A stretch of DNA of 64,000 nucleotides, taken from NCBI GenBank assembly GCA_023142995.1, contig JAGLIM010000006.1:32577-96576 (forward strand), written 5' to 3'. This stretch comes from Minisyncoccota bacterium. Lineage in GTDB: Bacteria > Patescibacteriota > Minisyncoccia > JAHIHE01 > JAGLIN01. Below are positions 27,717 through 37,235 of this stretch, piece by piece (the stretch's first letter is position 1; each line of letters begins with the position of its first letter). The position numbers and the translations under genes are program-made. Under the pieces are notes generated by a model. That model saw nothing but the letters and a program-made list of their open reading frames with translations, had not been told where the DNA came from and ran no database searches.

Positions 27717-30548
27717 ATGTTTAAAAAAAAGAAAAAAGAAAAAAAAGTTTCAGTTGAATTAATAGAATGTCCAGATTGTGCGGGAAACAAGGTTACAGAA
27801 AATGGGGTTGAGTGTAAATCCTGTCAGGGAATGGGAATTTTTTTACGAGTTGGTAAAAATGGAATTTATTATTGGGAAGAAAAATTATCTGGTTTTTCTC
27901 CAGTTCTTCGTTTTATCACTGAATTGTTTCCTAAATTAATTCGTATATTCATATTCTTTTCCATTGTTTTTACACTTTTTTATGGTGTTTATTTTATAGT
28001 TATAAATAATCCTGATTTTACTAAATTAGTTCAAACTGAGCTAGAAAGTGTTAATAGCGATTGGATAATGACAAGTTTCTTTCTGGCAATGGTTGAATCT
28101 GTCAAACATTTTTTAAAAGTATTTTTGGTATTATTTACGATAAAAGGAACTGGTCCGTTAATGTTTTGGTTAGCGATATTTGGAATGATGTATTATTATT
28201 ACAATAGTAAGATCAAAAATCTGTCTAAAAGAGAAATTGATATTTTATCATCAAATTTTAAAATATTTTATGATAAAAAAGCGCAAGAGCCAGATAAGCC
28301 AGTTAATATTGCAAAATACACTTCGCCGTTTGCAAAAGAAATTGTAATTAAAACTCTTGATCTATCTCATCATTTGCACCAAGCACCTTCAGTATTTCAT
28401 TTGGCGAAAATAATTGCGCAAGATCGGCATACAGAAACTTTATTTAAAAGACTGGAAATTGATTCTAAAAAATTTATTGCAGACATGGATGGCTTTATTG
28501 ATAAATTACCAAAAAATACATATTATAATCAAGATGGAGTACTAGGAAACACAATAATTAGTCCTGAAATTGAAAGAATAATTATCACAGCTTTTTATGA
28601 AACAATGGTTGTTGGGTTGGAAGAAGTTGAAGCAGAAAGCTTATTTTTATCTCTTGTCACAAATGACTCTTTAAGTAAATATTTTAAGGATAAAAAGATT
28701 GAAATAGAAGATGCAAGAAATACAGTTTTATGGACTAGGAATTGGTCTCAAATAAGAATCAGGTCAAATAAACCGAGAAAAATAAAGCATTCTGTAATGA
28801 ATAAAGCCTGGACTGCAAGAACAACCCCTGAATTAGATAGATTCAGTTATGATCTAACAGATCATGCCAGAGCTGGACTTACTGGTCATATTGTTGATAG
28901 GAAAGATGAACTTGATAATTTAATGAGAATTCTTGAAAGGTCTAGTAAGAATAATGCTCTTTTAATTGGAGAAGAGGGAAGCGGAAGAAAATCTATTGTT
29001 AAAGAGCTGGCAAATAGAATGATAAAAGATAGAGTTTTGCCAACATTGCAAGATAAACGTTTGGTTGTTCTTGATATTGGATCTCTTGTCGCAGGAGCAA
29101 GAGCGGGAGGTGATTTGGAATTAAGAATTAAGCAGATGCTAACAGATATGGGAAAGAGCGGAAATATAATTTTATTTATTCCTAATATTCATAATATGGC
29201 AGCTGCGGGAAGCGGAGAAGGATTTGATGCCTCAAAAGTGCTTTCCCCGATTCTTTCACAGGGAATGTTTCAAATAATTGGAACAACAGATTACAGAAGT
29301 TATCATAGATATATTGAACCTAGGTCTGATTTTGCAAATAGCTTTGATATGATAAAAGTAGATGAATTGAATGAAGAAAGAACAATGGAAATTTTGGCAA
29401 TTCAGGCAAAAGTAATTGAAGCAAGAGAAGGAATAATAATGACATATGGAGCTATAAAGAAAACTGTTGAGCTTTCGAAAAAATATATAACCAACAGAAT
29501 ATTGCCAGGAAAAGCAATTGACCTATTGTCTGAAACAGCAGTAGAAGTTAGAAGAAGAGGAAGCGGTTCAGTTCTAAGAGATCATGATGTTATGGAAGTG
29601 ATAACTGAAAAAACTGGAATTCCTCTTTCAGATGTTAACGCGATTGAAGCTGATAAACTTTTGAATTTAGAAGATAGTTTACATAAAAGAGTTATTGGTC
29701 AGCATGAGGCTGTTAGAGCGATTTCATCTGCGATAAGAAGAGTGAGAGTTGGAATGAAACATGAAAATAGACCTATTGGAACATTTTTATTTTTAGGTCC
29801 TACTGGAGTTGGAAAAACTGAACTTGCAAAAGCATTGGCGCAAGCATATTATGGGGATGAAACTGCTATGATAAGGATCGATATGAGTGAATATCAAACG
29901 ACAGACAGTGTTGAAAAATTAATAGGATCTTCCTCGGATCTAGATGAGGCAAGTTCTGGTGGTATTCTCACCGAAGCTGTTAAAAGAAAACCATTTTCTT
30001 TGATACTACTTGATGAACTTGAAAAAGCACATAAAAATGTTTTTAATTTATTCTTGCAAGTTTTTGATGATGGTAGACTAACAGATAATCTTGGAAGGAC
30101 TGTAGATTTTACAAATACAATCATAATTGCAACTTCAAACGCAGGTTCTAAGGTTATAAGTAAAATTGTAATTGACGAAGATGATAGTAATGAGAGAATA
30201 TTGCAATTGTTAGAACCATATCTTCTTCAGAGTTTTGCTCCAGAATTTCTTAATCGTTTTACAGCTAGAATTGTATTTAGGTCACTCTCTGAAAAAGATA
30301 TAGTAGCTATAGCTAAACTTCAAATTAAAGGTTTGGCAAAAAGAATGGACGATGCGCAGGGTATTAAGATTGAAATATCAGATGAAGCATTGAAATTAAT
30401 TGCAAAAATGGGTTTCAGTCCTGAATATGGTGCAAGATATCTTCAAAGAACGATTCAGGAAAAAGCAGAAAATTTAATTGCTACGAAATTCTTGAAAGGA
30501 GAGATTAAAAGAGGAGATGTGTTTAAGATAACTGAAAAAGATATATAA
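27717..30548 (+). CDS. Membrane-anchored ClpA/ClpC-family AAA+ ATPase. It has an N-terminal zinc ribbon, TM helices, a Clp_N domain and a degenerate D1 Walker A.
   Basis: N-terminus CPDCAG...CKSCQG followed by 3-4 TM helices. Clp_N-like LSHHLHQAPSVFHLAKIIAQ. The D1 P-loop is GEEGSGRKS, which is non-canonical. D2 has FLFLGPTGVGKTELAKALA and the Walker B LILLDELEKAH. Confidence 0.8.
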   Translation: MFKKKKKEKKVSVELIECPDCAGNKVTENGVECKSCQGMGIFLRVGKNGIYYWEEKLSGFSPVLRFITELFPKLIRIFIFFSIVFTLFYGVYFIVINNPDFTKLVQTELESVNSDWIMTSFFLAMVESVKHFLKVFLVLFTIKGTGPLMFWLAIFGMMYYYYNSKIKNLSKREIDILSSNFKIFYDKKAQEPDKPVNIAKYTSPFAKEIVIKTLDLSHHLHQAPSVFHLAKIIAQDRHTETLFKRLEIDSKKFIADMDGFIDKLPKNTYYNQDGVLGNTIISPEIERIIITAFYETMVVGLEEVEAESLFLSLVTNDSLSKYFKDKKIEIEDARNTVLWTRNWSQIRIRSNKPRKIKHSVMNKAWTARTTPELDRFSYDLTDHARAGLTGHIVDRKDELDNLMRILERSSKNNALLIGEEGSGRKSIVKELANRMIKDRVLPTLQDKRLVVLDIGSLVAGARAGGDLELRIKQMLTDMGKSGNIILFIPNIHNMAAAGSGEGFDASKVLSPILSQGMFQIIGTTDYRSYHRYIEPRSDFANSFDMIKVDELNEERTMEILAIQAKVIEAREGIIMTYGAIKKTVELSKKYITNRILPGKAIDLLSETAVEVRRRGSGSVLRDHDVMEVITEKTGIPLSDVNAIEADKLLNLEDSLHKRVIGQHEAVRAISSAIRRVRVGMKHENRPIGTFLFLGPTGVGKTELAKALAQAYYGDETAMIRIDMSEYQTTDSVEKLIGSSSDLDEASSGGILTEAVKRKPFSLILLDELEKAHKNVFNLFLQVFDDGRLTDNLGRTVDFTNTIIIATSNAGSKVISKIVIDEDDSNERILQLLEPYLLQSFAPEFLNRFTARIVFRSLSEKDIVAIAKLQIKGLAKRMDDAQGIKIEISDEALKLIAKMGFSPEYGARYLQRTIQEKAENLIATKFLKGEIKRGDVFKITEKDI

Positions 30549-30704
30549 TCACAGTATTTAGGGATCATACGCAATTTAGTTGTTTTGAATAAATTGGGTC
30601 ATACAAGTTACTGCCCCGTCAGAGTCTCCCGTTAGGGGACTCTGGCGAGAAGACACATTAAGATGATACTTCAAATTTATTCAAAAGTTTTATGATTTAT
30701 AAAT

Positions 30705-33700
30705 TTGATTAGATATATAAAAAAACTAATCTTAACTAATATGAAAAACACAAAAACAAAACTATTCCTCCATCTTTTTATCTCAAGTTTCTTTTTGTTT
30801 GGGCTGGTGGGGGTTAGTGAAGCAGCCGATCACAACTGGTATTTCTCAATGTCAGGCGGTGGAAATGTTTGTTCTCAAGTCTCTCCATGCAAGTGGCTTT
30901 CATCAAACCAAGTCGGATATGTAGCAGGGCAAACAACAGCTCAAAACAAAATTGACAGCGTTGGTTCGGACAAGACTGTTAATTTGTATTTTAAGAGGGG
31001 GGATGTTTGGAGTTTTAATACGGATATGGTATCAACAAAAGTTTATTATGGATTACTTGTTAATAGTGATGATCCGACAGTTAATATAGATACTTATGGA
31101 TTAGGTGCAAAGCCGATATTTGACGGAACTGTAACAGATTTTAGTAGTGTACCAAATCACGATCATACCATTACCACAGGTCCGTATAAATGGAACAATA
31201 TTTTTCAATTTAATAGAAATGATTGTTCGGTTAAAAACATACATATAAATGGGATTTACGGGCAGGGTATAGTTCTTGGAGATGCGAGTAATGCTACGGA
31301 TAATTTTACTCTTGAAAGTTCTGATATAACTAATTTCGGTAATTGTGCTATTAGGTCAAGCTCAAAGTATGCAACACGAAACACTACTGTTACTAAAAAT
31401 TTGATACACACAGGACAACAGTTACAACTTTATGGTAAATGGCCCATCATGAATTGGGGTGCAGGGATTATGATAACTCCGCTAAACCATTTTCGTACCC
31501 CTTATGGGAATGTTATTAATTATAATGTCGTATATGACATAGCAGGCGAAGGGATTCATGCTTTTGGTACTACTATTGAGCATAACATTGTTGGTGATAC
31601 GGGTTCAGTTGGTATATTTGTTGCGCCTGATGCTGGGGACGCAACAGATACCATTGTTAGATATAACTTGGTTATAATGAGTGACCTTTTATCGTCTGAC
31701 TATGATAATGATGGTGCTATTGCACACGAAGGAATTGGAATCGCAGATGAAGGTTTTGGTGGGAGTAATGTAAATGCAATAGTAAAAGTTTATGGAAATA
31801 TAGTTATAAACCGGCTTAAAGGTATATTCTTTGCCGCTTATAATGGGAGCGTGGCACCTTGGAAAGAGATACATATTTATAATAATACCATTATTGATTC
31901 TTCGGGGGCTAATATGGTGATTTCAGAACCAGCCCACGACATGGTTGCTGTTGGAAAAGGGTTTATCTATAACAATACTTCCATTTTATACGATATAACG
32001 GGTAGTATTCATGTGGCAGATTGGAGCGATCCGCCAGCTTTAAGTACATATTGGACAATAGAAAACAATCACTTCTGGACAACAGGAGGATCTCCGACAG
32101 TAGATACAGATTGGCAAACCAACATGATCACCACCGACCCCCAACTTACAGGCGAACCTCTCATAGACTGGGACGGTCAATCAGGACCAACCTATTACAA
32201 AGACATTAAATTCAGCGATGTTATTCCCTTGGCAGGATCATCTCTAATCGGTTCAGGTAAAACGCTTGATGCTAGTTATAATAAAACATTTCTAACTCAA
32301 GGAACTGATTTTAGTGCATTACCTAATTTAACTAATTTCACGCTTTCATCCCAGACAGATGGTTCTTGGGATATAGGAGCGGTGGAGATGGCAGTTCCCG
32401 CCGACCACAACTGGTATTTCTCAATGTCAGGCGGTGGAAATGTTTGTTCCCAAGCGGCTCCCTGCAAATGGCTTTCATCAAACCAAGTCGGATATGTAGC
32501 AGGACAAACAACTGCTCAAGACAAAATTGACAGTATTGCTTCGGATAAGATAGTTAATTTGTATTTTAAGAGAGGGGATGTTTGGACGGCAGATACATCA
32601 GCGGTAAATAAAATAAATTGTCACGGACTTCTTGTTTCTGCGACTAACCCAATTATAAATATCAACGCATACGGTTCTGGCAATAAACCTGCTTTTGATG
32701 GTTTGGTTTCAGATTTTTCTACTGCTCCTGCTCATAACAGCACGACTGGGCCGTTGTTTTATAACAGATTTTTTGAGTTCAAGCGCAATAGTTGCAGTAT
32801 ATCAAATATAGAAATTAAAAGAGTTTATGGTAATGCTGTATTTTTAAACCCATCTAATTATTTTACGCTTGATTCTTGCAACATACATAACTTTGGCGCT
32901 GGCGGTATTTCAATATCGTCTGCAGTAGGTGGAAATAATATCACAGTTATAAACAACATTTTTCATACTGGACAAGAGCTATATAGATATGGTTTGCGAT
33001 CTGGATGGGAAGCCGCAATTCAATTAACAACAAAAGGTCATTTATGTGAAGATAATGTTATTAGATATAATGTTGTTTATGATATTTATGGAGAAGGAAT
33101 ACAGTGTGTTAATAGTTTATGCGAATATAATATTGTCGGAGATACAGGATCAATTGCTCTTAATACTTCTAATCATGGATGGGATGCTAAAAAAACTACA
33201 GTTAGATATAATATTGTAACGATGTCTGATTGGGGTTCAAGTATTTATGATACATTAAGTGGATCAAGTCCCGTAGGAGTAAGAGTTTATGACGAACATC
33301 CTGGTGGTAACAATTCAGGAGCAGATATACAAATCTATGGTAATATCATAATAAATACAAGGAACGGGATACAGCTTGGTTCACCAGAAGATCCGGGAAA
33401 TCCTTATGGTTCTGTAAAAATATATAATAATACTTTAGTGGACTGCATATCAAATTGGACTTTTTCACAACCGGAGGAATTTAGCAATGTGCATATTTAC
33501 AACAATTCATCTATTCATTATGACAGGACAGGCGCTCATTCTGTAAATTGGGATATAGCTGCCGGATATAGTGGCTGGGTATTTGACTATAACCATTTTT
33601 ATCCTGTCGATGGAAGTAATACAGTACTTCCCATTTTTGCTTCAAATCAAATCACCACCGACCCCAAACTCATTGGCGAACCAACAATAGACTGGGACGG

Positions 33701-34448
33701 TCAATCAGGAGCAACCTACTACAAAGATATTAAATTCAGCGATGTTATTCCATTAGCAACTTCATCTCTGATCGGTTCAGGTAAAACGCTTGACGCTAGT
33801 TATAATAAAACATTTCTAACTCAAGGAACTAACTTTGATACTCTACCAAACACTCCTAACTTTATGCTTTCATCTCAAACAGATGGTTCTTGGGATATAG
33901 GAGCGGTAGAAGTTGGAGGAGCTATTATTACCTGCGCTTCCCTCGGAGGCACCTGTTGCGCGCCATTTCAAATCTGCCAAGGAGGATCCGCAGCAACTTC
34001 ATCATGTAGTAATGTCTGTTGTGTTGGAGGAACTTGTCAAAATGTAGCTCCACCTCCACCTCCACCACCTCCAACTTGTCAAAGCCAAGGACATAAATGT
34101 TGTTTCTCTTGCCACACAGGACCTCATCCAATATATGATGGTGATTGTGTTGGTGAACGAATATGTTGTGATACTTGTCCTCCTCCTCCAAAAGCTAGTA
34201 TGAAAAACTTTATCTCAGTATTAAATTTCTCTAATCTCGTTGAAAACTTCTTAGTTTGGACACTATCTATTATCGGCTCTTTATCTCTTTTGATAATTGT
34301 TGTCGGAGGAGTGATGTATATTGGTTCTACTGGAGATGAACAAAGAATTGTCACAGCTAAAAGAGCTGTTACTTATGCTATAATAGGATTAGGATTAATT
34401 CTTAGCGCTTATGCTGTGATTATGGTGTTGGGAAAAGTGTTAAATTAA
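30705..34448 (+). CDS. Giant secreted protein. It contains two tandem roughly 525-aa beta-helix repeats, a Cys/Pro-rich module and a C-terminal double-TM tail.
   Basis: Signal peptide. ADHNWYFSMSGGGNVCSQ...IGAVE is duplicated at 30825 and 32400, with about 90% nucleotide identity at the repeat starts. The Cys-rich region reads CCAPFQICQGG...PPPPPPPPTCQ...CCDTCPPPP. The C-terminal TM-loop-TM tail reads VMYIGSTGDEQRIVTAKRAVTYAIIGLGL. Confidence 0.7.
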   Translation: MIRYIKKLILTNMKNTKTKLFLHLFISSFFLFGLVGVSEAADHNWYFSMSGGGNVCSQVSPCKWLSSNQVGYVAGQTTAQNKIDSVGSDKTVNLYFKRGDVWSFNTDMVSTKVYYGLLVNSDDPTVNIDTYGLGAKPIFDGTVTDFSSVPNHDHTITTGPYKWNNIFQFNRNDCSVKNIHINGIYGQGIVLGDASNATDNFTLESSDITNFGNCAIRSSSKYATRNTTVTKNLIHTGQQLQLYGKWPIMNWGAGIMITPLNHFRTPYGNVINYNVVYDIAGEGIHAFGTTIEHNIVGDTGSVGIFVAPDAGDATDTIVRYNLVIMSDLLSSDYDNDGAIAHEGIGIADEGFGGSNVNAIVKVYGNIVINRLKGIFFAAYNGSVAPWKEIHIYNNTIIDSSGANMVISEPAHDMVAVGKGFIYNNTSILYDITGSIHVADWSDPPALSTYWTIENNHFWTTGGSPTVDTDWQTNMITTDPQLTGEPLIDWDGQSGPTYYKDIKFSDVIPLAGSSLIGSGKTLDASYNKTFLTQGTDFSALPNLTNFTLSSQTDGSWDIGAVEMAVPADHNWYFSMSGGGNVCSQAAPCKWLSSNQVGYVAGQTTAQDKIDSIASDKIVNLYFKRGDVWTADTSAVNKINCHGLLVSATNPIININAYGSGNKPAFDGLVSDFSTAPAHNSTTGPLFYNRFFEFKRNSCSISNIEIKRVYGNAVFLNPSNYFTLDSCNIHNFGAGGISISSAVGGNNITVINNIFHTGQELYRYGLRSGWEAAIQLTTKGHLCEDNVIRYNVVYDIYGEGIQCVNSLCEYNIVGDTGSIALNTSNHGWDAKKTTVRYNIVTMSDWGSSIYDTLSGSSPVGVRVYDEHPGGNNSGADIQIYGNIIINTRNGIQLGSPEDPGNPYGSVKIYNNTLVDCISNWTFSQPEEFSNVHIYNNSSIHYDRTGAHSVNWDIAAGYSGWVFDYNHFYPVDGSNTVLPIFASNQITTDPKLIGEPTIDWDGQSGATYYKDIKFSDVIPLATSSLIGSGKTLDASYNKTFLTQGTNFDTLPNTPNFMLSSQTDGSWDIGAVEVGGAIITCASLGGTCCAPFQICQGGSAATSSCSNVCCVGGTCQNVAPPPPPPPPTCQSQGHKCCFSCHTGPHPIYDGDCVGERICCDTCPPPPKASMKNFISVLNFSNLVENFLVWTLSIIGSLSLLIIVVGGVMYIGSTGDEQRIVTAKRAVTYAIIGLGLILSAYAVIMVLGKVLN

Positions 34449-34762
34449 TTAGATAAATAACATTTCTGATGTTGTTCGAAACTGGAATTCTGGTAGAATT
34501 CTGGTAGTCTATTGCTTAATACTAAATACTTAATACTAAAAAAATGCTTAAATTAAGGAAAGAGGGAGAGGGAATGTTTGAATATGTATTGAATATATTC
34601 TTGCCTTTATGGCTTCCAATTAAAGCTATGCAGATTATGATGAAAGAAATGAAGGAAGAAAAAGAGAAAAGGAAAGAAAATGAAGAGAAATAAATTATTT
34701 TGTTAATCATATATTGAGAAAGCGCAGAAGAAACTTTAATTTTAATTAAACTTTAGCAAAAA

Positions 34763-35797
34763 ATGAAAAATAAATATGATGTGGTGATTGTTGGTGCTGG
34801 ACCTGCTGGGTTAAGCTGTGCAGAAACTTTAGCTAACAATGGTAAATCAATTTTAGTTTTAGAAAAAAATAATAAGATTGGTCATAAAATTTGTGCTGGA
34901 GGGTTAACGGTAAAGATAGAAGAGGAAAGTATTGTGTTTTTAAAAAATGCTGACAATGTTTTTTATTCAATGAAACTTCATTTTTCTAAAGCTTGTAGAA
35001 AATTAGATAGAAATAATCTTGTTACAGCGACTATTGATCGTGAAGAATTAGGAAAGATAATGCTGAAAAAAGTGCTTAAAGGCGGAGTGGAAGTGAAGAC
35101 AGAAACAGAAGTAAAAGAAATAAATGAAAATTCAATAATTGTTAATGGACAAGAAATAAAGTTTGATTATTTGGTCGGAGCTGACGGGAGTAATTCAACA
35201 GTAAGAAGATATTTGGGAGTCAAAACCAAAAAGATGCTTGTTACATTACAATACGTTATTCCTCAAAAAATTCAGAATTTTAAAGAAATGGAATATTTCT
35301 TTAACTCAAAAATATTAAATGGCTATTTTTGGATTTTTCCTCATAAAAATTTTACAGCAGTTGGTGTTGCTTATTATCCAAAAAATGTTCAACAAAATAC
35401 ATGCGTTAAAAAATGTTTTGAAAAATGGTTAGAGAAATATAAAATTAAAATAGGAGGATTAAAATTAAAAAGTTTTCCAATAAGTTTTGATTATCGGGAT
35501 TACCAGTTTGGCAATAAGTTTTTAATTGGTGATGCGGGAGGATTTGCTTCTGGAGCAACTGGAGAAGGAATTTATTTTGCGATGGTTTCCGGAAAAGAAG
35601 TGGCTAAAAAAATTATTGATCCTCAATACGATTGTTCTGAAATTTTAAAAATTTTAAAAATCAAAAGAAAACAAGAATATTTCTTTGAAAAAATTGGTTT
35701 TTTGAATAATATTATTCCAAATCTTGGTTTTAATATATTATCTTTTTTTCTAAATTATAAATGGTTTAAAAAAATATTTATTAAGATTTTTATTTAG
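34763..35797 (+). CDS. FAD-dependent oxidoreductase, geranylgeranyl-reductase family.
   Basis: DVVIVGAGPAGLSCAE...KICAGGLT Rossmann/GGR motifs. Confidence 0.75.
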   Translation: MKNKYDVVIVGAGPAGLSCAETLANNGKSILVLEKNNKIGHKICAGGLTVKIEEESIVFLKNADNVFYSMKLHFSKACRKLDRNNLVTATIDREELGKIMLKKVLKGGVEVKTETEVKEINENSIIVNGQEIKFDYLVGADGSNSTVRRYLGVKTKKMLVTLQYVIPQKIQNFKEMEYFFNSKILNGYFWIFPHKNFTAVGVAYYPKNVQQNTCVKKCFEKWLEKYKIKIGGLKLKSFPISFDYRDYQFGNKFLIGDAGGFASGATGEGIYFAMVSGKEVAKKIIDPQYDCSEILKILKIKRKQEYFFEKIGFLNNIIPNLGFNILSFFLNYKWFKKIFIKIFI

Positions 35798-35829
35798 TTT
35801 CAATTAATTTAATAATTAATTTAAAAACA

Positions 35830-36579
35830 ATGGGTAGAAAAAAAATGTTGAAATTACAGAGAAAATCAGAAAAAGAACAAAAAACAGTTACTACAAAAAT
35901 TAAGAAGAAAAAAATGCTAATTGGAATTATCTTCTTAGCGGCGTTATTATTTGCTGGGTATCAAATTAGTATTGCTTTAAAAAATAGTAACAACAAACAA
36001 GAGAATCCTATAGTTTCGAATACAGAAGTAAGTAAAGGCGATATAAAATTGGAACTATATACGAATGATGCGCCGAAAACAGTAGAAAACTTTGTAAAGT
36101 TAGCAAATGATAATTTCTACGACGGAACAAAGTTTCATCGGGTAATTTCAGACTTTATGATACAGGGTGGTGATCCGTTAAGTAAAGACGATGATCCTTC
36201 TAATGATGGTACAGGTGGACCTGGATATAAATTTGAAGATGAAATGAATCCAGTAAGTTTGGGATTAAATGAAAAGACAATTAAGGAATATGAAGAACAA
36301 GGGTATAAATATGATTATAATTTAAATTCCTATAAAGTTAATGTTGGTTCTTTGGCAATGGCAAATTCTGGACCAAATACAAATGGTAGTCAGTTTTTTA
36401 TAGTTACAAATAAAGATCAGCATCATCTTAATGGCAAGCATACTGTTTTTGGAATGGTTACTAAAGGAATGGATGTTGTAAGAAGTGTAGAGCAGGGTGA
36501 TGTGATAGAAAAAATTTCCTGTGAGAAAGAGAGTTCAGATAGAATGAATTGCTATATTACTGTATTATTAGATCATTAG
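35830..36579 (+). CDS. Cyclophilin-type peptidyl-prolyl cis-trans isomerase, membrane-anchored.
   Basis: FHRVISDFMIQGGDP, ANSGPNTNGSQFFIV and HTVFGMV. N-terminal TM helix. Confidence 0.9.
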   Translation: MGRKKMLKLQRKSEKEQKTVTTKIKKKKMLIGIIFLAALLFAGYQISIALKNSNNKQENPIVSNTEVSKGDIKLELYTNDAPKTVENFVKLANDNFYDGTKFHRVISDFMIQGGDPLSKDDDPSNDGTGGPGYKFEDEMNPVSLGLNEKTIKEYEEQGYKYDYNLNSYKVNVGSLAMANSGPNTNGSQFFIVTNKDQHHLNGKHTVFGMVTKGMDVVRSVEQGDVIEKISCEKESSDRMNCYITVLLDH

Positions 36580-36682
36580 ATTGTTGTTTGAATTGTTTTT
36601 TAAAAGAAATCAGAATGTCTATTTACACAAGTTATGTCAGATAAAAGTTAGAAAGTTCTAAAATTATTAAATTATTAAAGGT

Positions 36683-37219
36683 ATGCTGGATATTTTTGTG
36701 ATAATTTGGGTTGTTTTATTTTTATCTATTTTAGCTATAGCTGTTTATGCTTTTCCTGCTATAGCTGTTGTTGGACCAATACCAACGCCAAAAAAAGGGA
36801 TAGATAATGCTGTGGTTCTTGCCAAGATCAAGCCTGGTGAGAAGTTCTATGAACTTGGTTGCAGTGATGGTCGGGTTTTGGTTAGAACTGTGGAAAAATA
36901 TGATTGTTTTGGAGTTGGGTATGAGCTTGTTTTTCCACTTTGTTTATTGGCAAAATTAAGGGCCAAGTTATCTAAAAAATCTAAAAAAATAGATATTAGA
37001 TGCCAGAACTTTTTTAAAGCAGATTTGCGTGACGCAGATGTTATTTTTTGTTTTTTAACTTTTGGATTAATGCAAAAACTGGAAAAACATTTTCGAAAAC
37101 AAGGATTAAAAGAAAATGTTAGAATTATTTCTTATGGATTCAGGATAAAAAATTTAGAACCTGAAAAATTTATTAAGCGAAATAAGGAAAATTGGAATAT
37201 CTATTTATACAAGTTATAA
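36683..37219 (+). CDS. Membrane-anchored hypothetical protein with a weak methyltransferase motif-I likeness.
   Basis: N-terminal TM helix. YELGCSDGRVL resembles SAM-binding motif I. Confidence 0.35.
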   Translation: MLDIFVIIWVVLFLSILAIAVYAFPAIAVVGPIPTPKKGIDNAVVLAKIKPGEKFYELGCSDGRVLVRTVEKYDCFGVGYELVFPLCLLAKLRAKLSKKSKKIDIRCQNFFKADLRDADVIFCFLTFGLMQKLEKHFRKQGLKENVRIISYGFRIKNLEPEKFIKRNKENWNIYLYKL

Positions 37220-37235
37220 ATTAAAGTAATAAGTT

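Noticed and set aside
34544-34693. A small + strand ORF (MLKLRKEGEGMFEYVLNIFLPLWLPIKAMQIMMKEMKEEKEKRKENEEK) between the giant protein gene and the GGR gene.
   Set aside because: It is plausible: a GGAG-like sequence sits close to the internal ATG. But it is too short and compositionally biased to support without conservation data, so I did not list it as a feature.
14976-35797. Archaeal origin of the fragment, suggested by the PGF-CTERM-like tail, Elp3 and the geranylgeranyl-reductase-family gene.
   Set aside because: Hallmark bacterial genes (SecA/SecD, MraY/Mur/FtsW, an ECF sigma-70, HPF, RmuC) are present, and codon and GC composition are uniform across them. Elp3 and GGR homologues do occur in bacteria.
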